DNA of 64,000 nt from Setoptus koraiensis (Eukaryota; Animalia; Arthropoda), in assembly GCA_048013815.1 (NCBI GenBank), contig CM106586.1:1054001-1118000 (forward strand). The letters run 5' to 3'. Each line of letters starts with the position of its first letter. Positions within the stretch are counted from its first letter, which is position 1. A program made the position numbers and the translations under genes. Below the pieces are notes generated by a model that was not told the DNA's origin, did no database searches, and saw only the letters and a list, made by a program, of their open reading frames with translations. This document shows, piece by piece, positions 40,624 to 54,859 of the stretch.

Positions 40624-43600
40624 TTAGATTTAAATAAATATTTGAATTTCTCTAGTGTGGCTCAATCAAGCTTTTGAAGATGGTAAGTTCATTGGTATAT
40701 TATCAACAATAGAATAGGTGTAATTAGTTGTAATGTGTTGCGTTCACTGTTTTATTTTACTATTGTTAGTGTTCAAATAAAGGCCGCCAGTAAGCTAATA
40801 CACAACGAATATTATTGTTGATAATATGTATTGTCCAGGTCATGTTATTAATTATAAATCTATTGTTGTTGGTGTTGGCTAAAAGAAAATATGCTAATGT
40901 AGAAATGGTGATGGTTCTGGCATTACATGAATTAAATTATCCACATGAAATAGACAAATATAAACAACGATGCTATTCTGATGCTCGATCCAGGGTTTTT
41001 GTTCGCGGCATTACTCAGGGATTTTACCCCAACATGCCTTGTGCACTCGCATGAATTTCGGGATCTCGTTAAAAAAATTATTCGCGCGTCAAGGAGGTGT
41101 TGCAAAAAGAGGGTTATTCTGAGGTGATTCTCATTACATTGAATTTGCTTTCGTCGAGACGAATCATCATCATGAACATTCGATTATTTTTTGTTTGTTT
41201 GTCTCAACGAGGTGTCCATCGTGTTATAATCGACGGATAATTGACAAACTGTAGATTCAGAAGCAAATAGAGATCAAGAGAAGGGCAATGTAACTTGATA
41301 AAAACACAAACTGAAGGCTTCAACTCCTGGAGCTCGACTCAATTTCAGAAATTATGAAATGTTCGCACCCTTCTCTATATGATGAATGGTCTAGTAGTCA
41401 CATTAGTTAGACAAGCGTTGAAAAGGCTAAATAGATCAATACTCGAGTTCATTTCATGTTGGATAATTCATTCGGAGACTATATGCTCTATCTTATCTGA
41501 GTCAACTGGACGCTCCCGATGCCCTTTGGACAGTTGCAATTGTTCACTGTTTTCGAGGTGGCGAAGGACAAAAAATCATTTGCGATGATTCCTATTGTTA
41601 ACAATTTTTGAAGTTGCGAAGAAGCATGCTATTCGCAACAGCACCACCTATCTAATTGATCAAATAGGATCTCCTCAGTTCGGGGCATTGTTTATCTAAC
41701 AGAGTTCGCTTTGGATCTTTGCGTCATTCTATCGAAAATGTCGATAATACTTGGAAGAAGTAAAGTCTTTGTTTGTTTGGCACGCTGGTGCCCCAACCTT
41801 TTAAAAGACAAATTCAAGAGTAAATGTTTATATGATGCGCGAGGTGGGCATTTTTCGTATTGGTAAGCTGATTAGTTGGTATGGAATTTGCTTCAATATT
41901 TGCTGTCTCCCTGCCGGCACAATTATTTGCCGTCTGGCCGGGCATTTTGGGCAGCAAGACATTAATTAAACATTAGCTAGCTTGATTTGAACCATATGGC
42001 CCTCTTTATATTCTCTTGACTGTGTGGCAGTGGAGAGGAAATGGATCAATGTGATGGCCAGCTCAACGATGTGATATCACATGGTTAGGTCATCAAATAA
42101 ACAAGAGCATACACAACATAGGAGCGCAAACAACAACAGTGTGAACGAAGAGAATATATTCATTTCAGTCCATTGCACCAGTCAACTATTGACATTTGAG
42201 TTTGGCCCAGGACGCCAAGTGAAACATGCCGATTTAGAGCCAATGCTATCTATTTAGAGATGCTACACAAGGCTAGCTTCATTGATATTACAATAACAAG
42301 ACAACGCCAACAATAATTTCTTGATTGACACACATACATCCACCATTAATACTAATATTATTATTATTGTTATTCACATCTTTGCGTCTAGTGTATCTGT
42401 GCAATATCTGCGAGCTTAATTTGTACAGATATCCTACATATAGTGAACTGTGTAAGCATACAATACAATGTGTGAACATATAGAGCACAATTGTTAGTCA
42501 GCTTTCAATTGACTTGCTTGACTGGCTTCGTTTCTTTGCCGTTATTGTTAGTTATTGTTAGTTATGTTGTTGGCATCTGTGCATACATACAAATTTTCAT
42601 TTGTTGTCGAGTCGTTATTGTTGCGTCTAGTGACGTATCACACTCACTCTCTCACTCTCTCTCTCTCTCTCTCTCTATTATAATGCTAATGAGCCTAACA
42701 CAATGTACATAACATGCCGAGATTGATCCCGAATCTGGCACAAGAATCACTCACCATTGTTTGATGGTGTCTAGATGTCGTCTATTCACAACAGTGAGCC
42801 TATAAAAAAGATGTCGACCTTGCTCATCGCCAGTCATGGCACGAGCACCTGTCGAAGGGATCCTCTTTTTGGCACGGCAATCAATAGCGTTCAGTGGGTA
42901 TGATGACGATGGGTGTACATTTGTACACAGTTATACACGCACACACATTGCGAGGACATTGAATTTGGACATTTTACAAATCAGGCTGTCAAAGAAGAGG
43001 CGCCATGTTTGTGTGTTGTATTAGTTGTTACATTTATTGCGTAAGTGGCCCGTCAAAAGATTGACAGCTACAATTGGATGATGGTTCTAGTTTTGGTCAA
43101 CTGAAGCGCGTCACGTTCATACGTGCTGGACATGTTGTTATGTAACTGTTGTTGCTAGTGGTTGTAGTTTTATAACAAAACAAAAAAAGGTGGCCCGACA
43201 AAGTGCGACAGCTGCGACACCTTTTGATATAAGCTATTTACCTTCGTGGCTATTTGAGAAGTGAAAATACCCCATGTTATTGCGTGTGTTCAATGAGACA
43301 GATCAGCCATCAAGCGAGCAGCAAAGTCCTCTAATACGTTAGGCTGTTGGTAACCGGGCGCTGGCAATTTAATCCATTGGGCCATCAATAAGTCGGCTTT
43401 GGTGGCCCATATCTAGTTTAGTTTATAGGCCATAGGTTGTGCCATTGTTGTTGTTCGCCATTCGCTGTTAGCTGCTCGGGACACAGTTGTTGTTGACAGT
43501 TTCATGGTGGACCACCCTTTATTTACCCCAACTTTATTACATTTACGCACAGTAGTAGTAGTGACAATATTCAAATGATTCAGATGGCCACGCTCGTCAT

Positions 43601-45734
43601 TCAAGCCCAACAACTGATATTCATCTCATGATGCCACAATCGGCTTATTATCCGATAAAGATAAAACTGTCTGGACTCAACACAAACAATTTCCACCATT
43701 AGCGGTGAACACACCAGAACACAATTAATGCTTGTTTCTTAAACTACCAATCTAATGTTGTCATGTTGTTTGTCCATTGGACAGCCACCATTTGTTATCG
43801 TGTCGATTAATATATCTACCACGCACCATGCACCATCCAATATCCATACGTTTACACAGTTGAGGCACATATTAGAGGGCATATATTAGAGGCACATAGA
43901 ATATAGTATAGCAAGAGTTGGCAGTGAAAAAGGAAACGTCAACATTGTGTTGCCGTGACGTTTGATGCGACAAACATTTGATACAACAATGAGCATTGAG
44001 AAAAGATAGAGAAACAGAAACAGAAAAAGAGACAGTTGTCAGATGATGGCCATGATTTATCGACAACACTCCTGCCAACAAACAACAAAACAACACTGGA
44101 CTGCTGTTGCCTAACACACGACAAACCAATGTTACGTAACGGCAACTTGCATGTCGAATGGATCATCCAATTCTTTAGTCACACGACCATGTCACTAATG
44201 CCCGGGTAAACATTTGATACACACACACACACACACTTGATATGTATGAGTTACACGAGTTATATAACATTGAGCAATATTGAGCATTGTCCCCAGCAAC
44301 TACACCTAACCACAACACCATCGAGAGTGACCATTTGCATTAGCCAGATAAAGTGAGATAAGACTGTCCATTTATTTTTGTTATTCTTTTACACTCGCTT
44401 GCTGTTCTTCTTGACCCCCCTAACCTGAGCGGCCCACATTGGCAAGTCTTGGCAAAGAGCATTCCTTACGAACCTGTGAGAGCCTTTTCATGCTACTACC
44501 AGAAGTAATTCACTGAGCCAACAAAATTAATTCTCCCACTCTCTCGCCCATTTGCCCATCTGCCCATTTGCCCATTTGCCCATTTGCATATCACTACACA
44601 GATCAAACTCAGGTGCATTTCAATGGGTCGCATCACCCGTTACGCAACGTTCGGTGTTGCAACGTAACTGTTTCTGTCCACCCACGACCAGCACAACACG
44701 ATGTCGACGTGATCGTTTGCGTGCCACCATCGCAGCTCAACAACCACGCAACTTATCACTACCATGGATCGGCACACTTTTGAATTGGAGCCCCGAATGG
44801 CGGACTGGCGAGCACTGGCGCCAACAACGGGGCTCCCTATCGTATCGGTTGCATCTCGACAATCATCAATTACCTTTTCACCATTATGTGTTTACCATTT
44901 GAATTAGCCTAATGCTTCCGCCTTAAACGCTCGCCACTCGCTCTCTCTCTCTCCCGGGCCCGCTGGCCAATGACCGCCGACGGGCCTACTCAGACTGGCC
45001 GAAGGTGACGAAGGCAATAGTTCACATTATGCAAGCGACTGCTACTACTACTACTGCTAAACTGCCATGGATAGTGCATTAGTCCAGTGAAAGCTTGTCC
45101 ATGTTAAGTGTGTATATATTTTTGATATTATATAGATGGATAGCACACAAAGAGACAGTGACAAAGTGAGAGACATAGGCCGAAATCGAGACTAGCGCAA
45201 GTTATATTGTTTACAAACAATTATTTGTCCCTTCGAAACTTCTAAAAGTGAAAGTTGCTCTTCGTACAGGTAGTGGCCTCCGTTCGTTTGCGTTCGGTTG
45301 TCGTTCGTGTTCCGCTCGGATCGTTGCTCCCGATTGGCTGGCCTCGTTCCTCTTTTGAGATTTTGTGCCCAATTTGTGCCCTTCTGTGCCGAACCGTGTC
45401 CGTCGATTGAATTGCATCGCTCCAAGCCCAGGGCTATTTGTCCCCCGTTCTCTCTCTCTCTCTCTCTCTCCTTCTCTCTCTATCAACTTCATACCAACTT
45501 TATGCCCAACTGAAAGCCATCCGCTGCTGCTGCCGCTGCGAGGAAACGTCAATAGATTGAGCGGTCAGTTTTGTCGGTGGCTCAGTCGCGACAGCGATGA
45601 ATATAATCAATAAATGTATACGTCAAACAGGAACTGTACATTTGTTGTTTAAAACGCCATGTTTGTTTGTGTGTGCGAGTGTGTTTGCGTCTAGATAAAT
45701 ACGCCGGCTGCCGGTTGACGGCGGCGATGATTGT

Positions 45735-47366
45735 TTATTTATTCATGCTTATTCTGCCCTGTAAGTAGGTTAATTCTTGGCGCAATTGTTGATTGGCACG
45801 CTCCAATTCTTTGACATTGCGCTCGTAGATTTTTAAATCATTGTGCAGTTTTCTATTGTTTAATTCCAAGTCATTTCTCAATGCCAAACGTTTTGTGCGA
45901 CAATTTTGTGCGTAGCCACGATTCTTGAGCGTTCGTCGTTTCTGTTTTAATTTGAGTACCTCTTCGCGCGAACAACCCGATAGGCGTTTGTTTAGCTCGC
46001 GCACAGACAAACTAATTAACAAATCGTCACTGATTGATGACTTTGACAACTTTTGGTTGCAAGATGCCGACGATTGAGCCGATGATGTCTGATGGTGTGA
46101 GACACAAGCAGCGACCGATGCCGACACTTTGGTTGCAATGGCCGACGACAACGACGATGCTGCTGATGATGCCGAATTCAAGGAAGACGCTGCCGATGAC
46201 GATGAGGCGGTGGAGGAGGATGACGACGATGATGAAGACGAAGATGACGACGATGATGATGACGACCTCATACTGTGATGATGATGATTTAACGCATGAT
46301 GATGATGAAGATGATGAGCATTGTTGTGATTCAATTGATTTGACACAACAGCTTGTAAAGAATTCAAAAGGTGATGTGGTGCTGGTGGCGGCGGCGGCGG
46401 CGGCTGTTGCATACCGATCGGCGTTGTTGTTGGTGTTGTGGTTGGTGTTGGCGCAATTGCTGGCGCTGGTGCTGTTGTTGTTGTGGTTGTTGTCGCTGTT
46501 GCTGTTGGATGATGATGATGAAAAGTGTGATGAGGATGATGACCATACTGATGATGATGATTGATTGGCAAATAATTTGGAGAACTGCTGCTAGTAATAT
46601 TGTGAGGTGATGCGCTGGTTGACAAATGTAAATGATTACCGTTAGTTATCAAGTGAGTGTTTCCATTTGGTTGTTGTTGTTGTTGTTGTTGTTGCTGCTG
46701 CTCTGTTGACACAGCAGACGAATTGTTGTTGGTGTTGTAATCAGCGCTTAACAACAATTGATGACTGAGGTTCTGGTTGAGATGGTGCTGGTGTTGCTGG
46801 TCTAAATTGTGATTCAGGTTAAGTTGGTCAAAGTATGACGCTGATTGTTGCTGCAAATTGTTGTTGTGTTCGTCCAGCTGATGATCACAACAATCATTGT
46901 CGTCATTTAACAGATGCTGATTGTGTTGTTGTTGTTGTTGTTGTTGTTGCATAATAAGACCACGATAACCGCACAATTGCTGATGATGAGGGTGCTGGTG
47001 CTGAAGGTGATGATGATGCTGGAGATACTGGTGTTGCTGGTGTTGTTGATGATAATATTGGCTCATGGTGTTGCTAGTGTTGTTGTCATCAATGTTATGA
47101 TGGTGCTGCTGTGACTGATTGTCCAGTTGATGATGCATGCCACTCTGACATTGTTGTTGTTGTTGTTGCTGTTGTTGGTGGTGGTGAATATGATGAAATG
47201 TGGATGCTTGTTGATGATTGTTGTTGTTCATCGACAATGACTCATTGTTGTCGCTATCCAATTGCTGCTGATCATTGTAGCTGTTGTTGTTACTGTTGCT
47301 GTTGTTGTTGTTGCTGTTGTTGTTTTGGCCATACGAAGCCAACGCCAATGTCACCTTTGTCGACAT
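45735..47366 (-). CDS. Large Maf bZIP transcription factor (traffic jam-like), intronless, ~543 aa
   Basis: [44 protein letters not shown] is the Maf extended homology region plus basic region, followed by a leucine zipper. Long Q/N/H/S-rich N-terminus; first in-frame ATG at 47366. Confidence 0.92.
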   Translation of the reverse strand: MSTKVTLALASYGQNNNSNNNNSNSNNNSYNDQQQLDSDNNESLSMNNNNHQQASTFHHIHHHQQQQQQQQQCQSGMHHQLDNQSQQHHHNIDDNNTSNTMSQYYHQQHQQHQYLQHHHHLQHQHPHHQQLCGYRGLIMQQQQQQQQHNQHLLNDDNDCCDHQLDEHNNNLQQQSASYFDQLNLNHNLDQQHQHHLNQNLSHQLLLSADYNTNNNSSAVSTEQQQQQQQQQQPNGNTHLITNGNHLHLSTSASPHNITSSSSPNYLPINHHHQYGHHPHHTFHHHHPTATATTTTTTTAPAPAIAPTPTTTPTTTPIGMQQPPPPPPPAPHHLLNSLQAVVSNQLNHNNAHHLHHHHALNHHHHSMRSSSSSSSSSSSSSSSSSSTASSSSAASSLNSASSAASSLSSAIATKVSASVAACVSHHQTSSAQSSASCNQKLSKSSISDDLLISLSVRELNKRLSGCSREEVLKLKQKRRTLKNRGYAQNCRTKRLALRNDLELNNRKLHNDLKIYERNVKELERANQQLRQELTYLQGRISMNK

Positions 47367-47914
47367 TGTCCTATGTTCGCCTGGATCAGCTAGCCGGCTG
47401 ATCACAGTCACTGGTTTGTTGGCTGGTGATGAGCAGCTTATATAGGTTGTCTTGTCCAACAATCGCTATCTGTTTGCTCGCTAACTGATTAGCCAATCAA
47501 CTGAGCAACCGTTCAACTGTTCCACTGTTCGAATGTTCGAATGTTCGAATGTTTGACTGTGTTCGACGTTCCGAGTCAAGTTTATTAGATGCTGTTATTG
47601 AATGGTGATGTCAATATAGAAAACAACGACTTGAGAGCCAGATTGATGTTATTAAATATAAATAAGACGTTGAGACGCGTTGTTATGTGATCTGTGATGG
47701 TGATCACATGAACACACTCAACTTGCTTTAGTTTAGTTCGCCGCAATCATTGTTTGGTGGCGCCGCAGCAACAGACGACTACCAAACAACAATTTGGCGA
47801 GTCGTCTCAGTAGCTGCCACACGGTTGTTGCCGTTCACTAGTCGCTTGTATCGGATGCCATTGGTTGTATAACTCATATTGCACACTCATTGCGGACATG
47901 TTCTAATTCTGCGC

Positions 47915-47946
<32 letters not shown>

Positions 47947-50637
47947 CCTTCCGTTTGTGTGCCTGTTCGTCCGCCTGTTCGTCTGGCTGTTTGTCAGTGT
48001 TGAAATATTTGTCTTGTAGTGTGTGCAGTATAGGCCAAACTAGCTGCGTCAGCAAATAGTTACATAACTACAACAACAACAACGACAACAACAACAACAA
48101 AATAGTTATACAGTGAGCAGTGACATGCGACAGAGTGTAGCCAACATTAAGCGAACCTACACTTTTTCATGTCGCTGGCAAGCTACTCGCAGAAGCTCGT
48201 GCTGGCCACCAGACAGCCAGCCAGCCAATGGTTGTTTGACTAAATCTAATCTCGCTCGCCGCATGTCGCTATATATCCAACTATTATCCCTTATTTAGTG
48301 GTTGTTGTTAGTGCACAGGGAAAAAGAGTTGTTCCGTTGGCTGTTGCTGCTGCCATTGCCATTCGTTTCAGTGTGTTGTGTGTCGAGTTGTTTGAGTAAT
48401 TGGCACACACTCTCTCTCCCTTTCTCTCCCGTATAAACAAACGCAGCCAGACGATATAGGCCAATCTGGGCGCGTTATAGGCGTCGTCATCTCGACATAT
48501 GCCCCAGCACAATGCTAGCTACTGGAATTGCCAGCCTGCCGTTGGATTGCCCCCAACAACGGTAGTCGATTGTGATCTTAGACACACAATTATCTGGCCG
48601 CTCGTTATTGCCCGTGCTGCGTGGTTATCCTTGCGTAATTTGTGTGTGCCTCTTACGTAAGTGATAAATGATCAACGGATAACACACTGGCAATATGTGT
48701 CACACTGGTGGTCAGTTTAAACGCACCAAACACCCAATTGTCCTATACTATCAAATATAAACTGGCTAATGTAAAACGATATGTACACACGACCGTTTGC
48801 CACTCTGTTCCAACATTCAAGCTCACGTTGAGCCAGTTAGCCACACTGCCAGTCGCTTAGATAGGCCAGCAAGCAGGCCGATGCAAGAGCTAATCCACTA
48901 ATGCACTAATGAGCCACAATGATTTCTCGATTAGATAATGTTGCTTTGTTTGTTGTTGCCAATGGCAACGAATGTATTACATCACGCTCATCTTAATCTC
49001 AAACTATTTCTCTCATTGGTTAATCACTGCCAGCCAGCCAGCAGTTACAAACAAGCGCCACATTGTCATCGTATCGCTGTCTGATGGTATATTCACTGGC
49101 GCTGGTGTAATAAACAACTATACACTCACACAGTGACATTGGCGATTGCAAATTGCAAATTGTGAATTGTCGATTGTCGAAACAAGATTGTCGCCAGTGC
49201 ACTCTGATAACCAAACATAATAACAAATATGCTATTTGTAGCAACAAGCGTAACAAACACTTCTTTTGCATACTATACTCGCTACAATTTGTTGTCGGTT
49301 GTCAATCGATGGACAAAACTTGAACAAATTCAATTTTTGAGCTTTCAATCCAGATCAAGTAGCCGAACATAAACAAGAAGCGCGCGCACACCCACACACA
49401 GATTTGGCATTCACATTTACATATATAATTTGTTATATTACATAATTTATAAGAGGTGACAGCTCTGCTGTTGGTGTTGTCGTTGTCTACTTATTGTCGC
49501 CTCTTTCTCATGTCTTGTGTGTCTGATTGCTTCGTGACATACATATGTACATATTTCTATATATCACGAGAGTAGTTAGACCAGACAAACACGTAACACA
49601 ATTTCACTTGTTATATATTTGTTTCAAATGTTTAATGGTGCATGCCACTTGCCACAAGCAGTACCTCATATAATATTGGAATACATTTGTAATTGTGTGC
49701 ATACAAAGTAGAAGAAGGGTTGCTGGATAGAGGAGGCAACCCGCATAAACAAACATTCACACACATAACAGCAATATGTTAATATTCAGATTAACATTGT
49801 CACAAACTCGTGTTATGGAACAGTGACAACAAAAAATAATTTCAACATTGTCAAAAAATATATATTGTCACACCGCAAATTGGCCTCTGTCTGGTTGCCC
49901 TGTCGCTATTTCTGTTTGTCTGTTTCACTGATGGTGAGTTTCACATGTTTCATTGTCCAAACGAACGACTCATTCTCTCTAATGAGCTATTGGTCGACCA
50001 ATGTTTAGTCATGTCCCCCTTGTCACATTATACAACAACAACAATAACAATTTTAATTAGCAAATATGTATGTAGTTGTGTCCAAATAGCAATGCCTGTC
50101 TCAGACTCAATTGTTTGTCGGTTGATAGTTAGTCTAGAGTCTGTTAGTGGTAAAGTTAGATTGTTGAAAAAGCGAGCGGTTGAGTCAAGAAGCCAAGTAA
50201 TTGGCTCATATATGTTTATAAATCTGTGGTTGTTGTCATCGGCCAACATAAAACTGAGGTTAATAACTAAAACTCTCATTTTCTTCTCATGTACACTGTT
50301 CCTTCGATTCATCGCCACAACAGCATGTACTCTTCACTTATGTTCCACATTGTGCGATAAAAATGTCGTTTAAGAGTTTAACTATCCATAAAAAGATGAT
50401 TTACATTTGTATTAGTGATTTGTTCACGTTGGCTTTCTCCGGCAGGCATTTGCTGCTGTGTCCATGACGATAACCACATTGCCTCTGACTGTATATATAC
50501 TGTTGTTACATAATGATTAATATTATATCAATGCGCGTTAATTGTCCAATAGGAATTGAATCTGATTAAACAACAACAACAACAACAACAACACACACAC
50601 ACACTGAATTCACAAGAAACATGGGCTAGAGTTTAAC

Positions 50638-53600
50638 TTATTCGGCCGTTGGCGGCGGCGGTGGGCACGTGCAAAAGAGATTAGTATCACCATAAGTGTC
50701 GTCCACTCTGCCAACTGTAGGCCAGATCTTAGTTGTTGCAGTTGCAATAGTGGTATGATTATGCGCTGGAAAAGCAGCTTGTTCTCTGGTGTATTTACGA
50801 TGCCAATTACTCGAGCAAACAACCTTTTGTGTATGAGGCGCCCTCTTTATGGGATTGTCCTCCTTGTCTAATTTACCCGATTCTATATCTCTTATTTCTT
50901 GTCTAATCACTAGCAACGCGTCAACATATCTATCTAATTGTTGTTTGTCTTCAGATTCTGTTGGCTCCAGCATAAGTGTATTAGTTATAGGAAATGATAC
51001 TGTTGGTGCATGTAAGCCAAAGTCTTGCAATCGCTTTGCAATGTCCACCGCTTCTATATTGGCGCTTTTCTTAAACGGCCTAATGTCCAATATGAACTCG
51101 TGCGCCACATTTCCTCTCATTCCTCTGAACAATATCTCATAGTCATTCTCCAGACGCTTCTTCATATAGTTAGCGTTCAATATGGCCATTTCGCTAGATT
51201 CTCGCAACTTGTGCGACATCAATCTAATATAGGCCCAGCTAATTGGCAAAATGGCCGGCGAGCCAAACATACTAGCCGACACCGTGCCAAAGCTCTGGTC
51301 CATTTTGTTGTTTGGGTCATAGTGATCGCCCGACACAAGCGGATGATTTGGCAAGAAGGGAATCAGGTGCTTCTTGACGCCAATGGGTCCGGCGCCGGGT
51401 CCTCCGCCTCCGTGCGGAATACAAAAGGTCTTGTGCAAATTCAAATGGGACACATCACTACCAAAGTCCCCTGGTCGACTCAGACCAACTTGAGCGTTCA
51501 TATTTGCCCCGTCCATATACACTTGTCCGCCTGCCTCGTGCACCAATTTGCACATGCTGACGATGCCTTCTTCGAACACTCCAAACGTCGACGGATAGGT
51601 GATCATGAGACAGGCTATCCTGTTTCCGTGCTTCTCTATGCAGGCCTTGAGATGGTCCATATCTATGTTGCCGTCTGGCATCACCTTGATGGTCTCGATG
51701 TCGAAGCCGGCCATTTGCGCCGATGCCGGATTGGTTCCATGGGCCGACACAGGGATGAGGCATACCTACGGACCGGGCATTTGGAGCAAGATTGTGTCGG
51801 AATACCATGGCATTTGCGTAATAATAAAGATAAAAGACATTTTAATAAAATATGATAATAATGTGTTTGCAATATTGTTGACAACTATTTTGTTTTTTCG
51901 CCGGCTGGCTGGTGTTGCGAGCCCGCGCGATTACGCCTCAGCGACAGCGGCACAGTCAAATGCGTGCCGCTGCGCGATCTAATTGGCGCATGTGCAGCAA
52001 TAATGATAAACACACGCAATAGGTTACAACTTACATTTCTTTGTTGCTGCCCAATTGACTCTAGATAGGCCTTGATCACTCTGAGGCCCGCATATTCACC
52101 CTGGGCCCCCGAATTGGGCTGAAACGATATCCTGTCGTAGCCTGTGATCTCGCAGAGATACTGGTCGAGATCTTGGAACAATTTGGCGTAACCGGAACAC
52201 TGTTGAACTGGCTGAAATGGGTGACATTTTGCAAAGTGATCCCAAGAGGAGGGTATCATTTGGCTGGTAGAGTTCAGTTTCATGGTGCACGATCCCTGAT
52301 AATGGGCACCGGAATGATATATGCGTGTTTGTTGATTGTCATCACGGCAGCATTGTTTATAGCAGCAACGTGGAATAAATTTCAGCAACAATCAGGCAAA
52401 GAGTTGACGCAAATGAGAATAATTTAGAAGAAGGTCTGATAAGATCTGCGATTGGAGCACCACGAGACATGTAGACGCAACGACAACTACTTACAAGTGG
52501 TATCATCGAGTGAACTAGTGATATGTCCTTGTTCTCCAAATGCTTCATGTATCTGACAAGCTGAGCTTCGCTGCGATAACTATTGAACGTAACATGATCC
52601 AGATAACTTGTTTGCCGAACCAGTGATCGCAAGCTGGAGTTAACGGCCAATTTTGTTGTCTTGTCGTCGTTTAGCCAATTATACATACATTTGTCACTAT
52701 TGTCAGCATTATTACTATCGTTATCATGCGCTTGCTTGCAAGCGAACAATCCAGCCAATGTTGGCAGGTCTGACAATTTGGTAGTCTCGTCTAATGATAT
52801 ACCAATATGAATTTGATCAGTGTAGTAACGCAAATTTATCTTTGCGTCGCGAGCTCTTGATTCAATCAACTCTCTAGCCTGTTCATCGCGACACTTGATT
52901 GTGATTGTATCAAAGTAGCTTGTCTCATTCACCACACTAGCCAGGGGATCATTTTGCTGTTGCATTTGTAGTTCGTTGATCATGGCAATCAAGGCACCAG
53001 TTTTTCTGTGAATATCCATGGCGATCTCTTTCAAGCCTTTAGGTCCATGATAAACGGCATACATGGCCGACATGTTGGCCAATAATGCCTGGGCTGTGCA
53101 AATGTTTGATGTGGCCTTGTCCCGTCTGATGTGTTGTTCGCGAGTCTGTAGCGCAAACCTATAGGCAGGATCGCCGTTTGAATCGCGAGTCATACCTACC
53201 AATCGGCCCGGCATTAGTCGTGTCAATTTTTGTTGACAAGCTAGAAAGCTCGCGTGAGGTCCGCCATAGTTGAGCGGAACACCAAATCTTTGACTATTGC
53301 CAATAACTATGTCGGCAGGTTGCTGAAAATCGCCAGGAGCCTTAAACAATGTGCAAGCCAATAGATCGGTTGCCGTAACAACCAAACACTGAACCTGTGA
53401 GCATTGTTGCGTCAGTCTATCTATGTCATACAGATAACCGTTTGTGTTTGGATATTGTATAATGATGCCGCTGAATTGACTAAGATCGTAATCATTCAAG
53501 GACCTTATTTCGCCATCGCCATTGTCACATGACGATGCTATTGCTGTTGACGACGATGACGAGGTTTGTTTCAATTCGTCAAACATCTCTATGTCGACTT

Positions 53601-54859
53601 GCAATGCGTCTGCTCTAGTTTTTATAACCGCTATTGTCTGTGGATGACATCTGACAGACACTAGAAATTTGTTTCTTTTTGATTTATGGAACCTGTACGA
53701 CAAATATCGTTGAAAACGTGTGTTAGCCTTGTCAACTGATGATACACATGATAATAATTGGTGCCCTTGTTTGTTGGATTTTAGAGCATTATAGCACTAA
53801 TGAATTAGTAGTCACGAACCTGAGACACATTTGCATGGCCTCGGCGGCCGCCGTAGCCTCATCTAGTAAACTAGCGTTGGCTATGTCCATTCCGGTGAGA
53901 TCTTTTATCATGGTCTGATAATTCATCAGACTCTCTAGGCGACCTTGGGCAATTTCGGCCTGGTATGCTGTGTAGGCCGTCGTCCAACCTGACATCCACA
54001 AATTTTCCACGAATCAAGATAGGTTATGTCGTTGTTTTCGAAACACTCTAGCGTTTAGAGTTCAAACGAACACAATTCAATTTTATATGATGTATAGCTT
54101 ACCGGGATTCTCAAACATGTTGCGTAATATCACAGCTGGAGTGACACAATCATGATAGCCCATTCCTAAATAGGATTTCCAATTGACACAATCATTTAAT
54201 TGGGCTATTTTTTGCAATTCTATTAATAGTTCTTGTTCATTTACTTGTTTTGGCAAATTTAGGTTTCTAGTGAAACGAATCTCATTTGGCACAGTGTCCG
54301 TTATCAATTCATCCATGGTGCTATAGTTCAATGTTGCCAACATACTAACTTTGTCCTCTTCTCTAGGTCCGATGTGTCGTCTAGCAAAATCATGACTTCT
54401 ATTCAATTGTTCATGACTTTCACTGTCTAAATATCGTTGTTTGTCTGCTGCAATACTTGCATTAAATAAGCTCTCCTCTTCGTGTTGACAAACTTTTTCT
54501 TTTGTTTGATTTATCGCAAATGCCATGTTTCTTTTCTGGCCTCTAGTCGCTGCATTTTTATTATTAGTTGCTGTTGTGGTAGTAATAATCTTTTGGCTAT
54601 AGTTGTTTATTGTATTTTTGCCACTATCACGGCCATTATTACTGTCTGACTTGGAGCGAGTGGTAGACCTCAAGGTTGAGGCTCGTTTCTCAAACAAATT
54701 GCCAAGCTCCGTACTATTATTATAACTATTATTTTTGCTATTGTGCACTATGCTGGACAGTTTTCTCGGCGCCAAATCACCATAGGTAACACGACAACCT
54801 GTATACAATGTCGCTTGATTGCGCAATAGTACGCACGGCAGACATTTCAAGTTTTGCAT
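50638..54859 (-). CDS. GLDC: Glycine dehydrogenase (decarboxylating), glycine cleavage system P protein; 5 exons (54859-54103, 53988-53820, 53692-52495, 52295-52035, 51765-50638), 1170 aa
   Basis: RRHIGP, YLGMGYH, ENP|[48 protein letters not shown]|[40 protein letters not shown] (PLP Lys), [17 protein letters not shown]. Exon sum 3513 nt is in frame. Confidence 0.96.

Noticed and set aside
46034-47401. Plus-strand Met/Asp/Cys/Leu-rich ORFs
   Set aside because: Antisense shadows of the Maf homopolymer codons.
49949-50005. miR-219-like 12-mer (ATTGTCCAAACG) in a weak stem-loop
   Set aside because: Seed mismatch (CATTGTC versus GATTGTC) and poor pairing for a pre-miRNA.
50638-54859. Bacterial horizontal origin of GLDC suggested by the GC patch
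   Set aside because: Four canonical spliceosomal introns and a long N-terminal extension fit a native mitochondrial enzyme.
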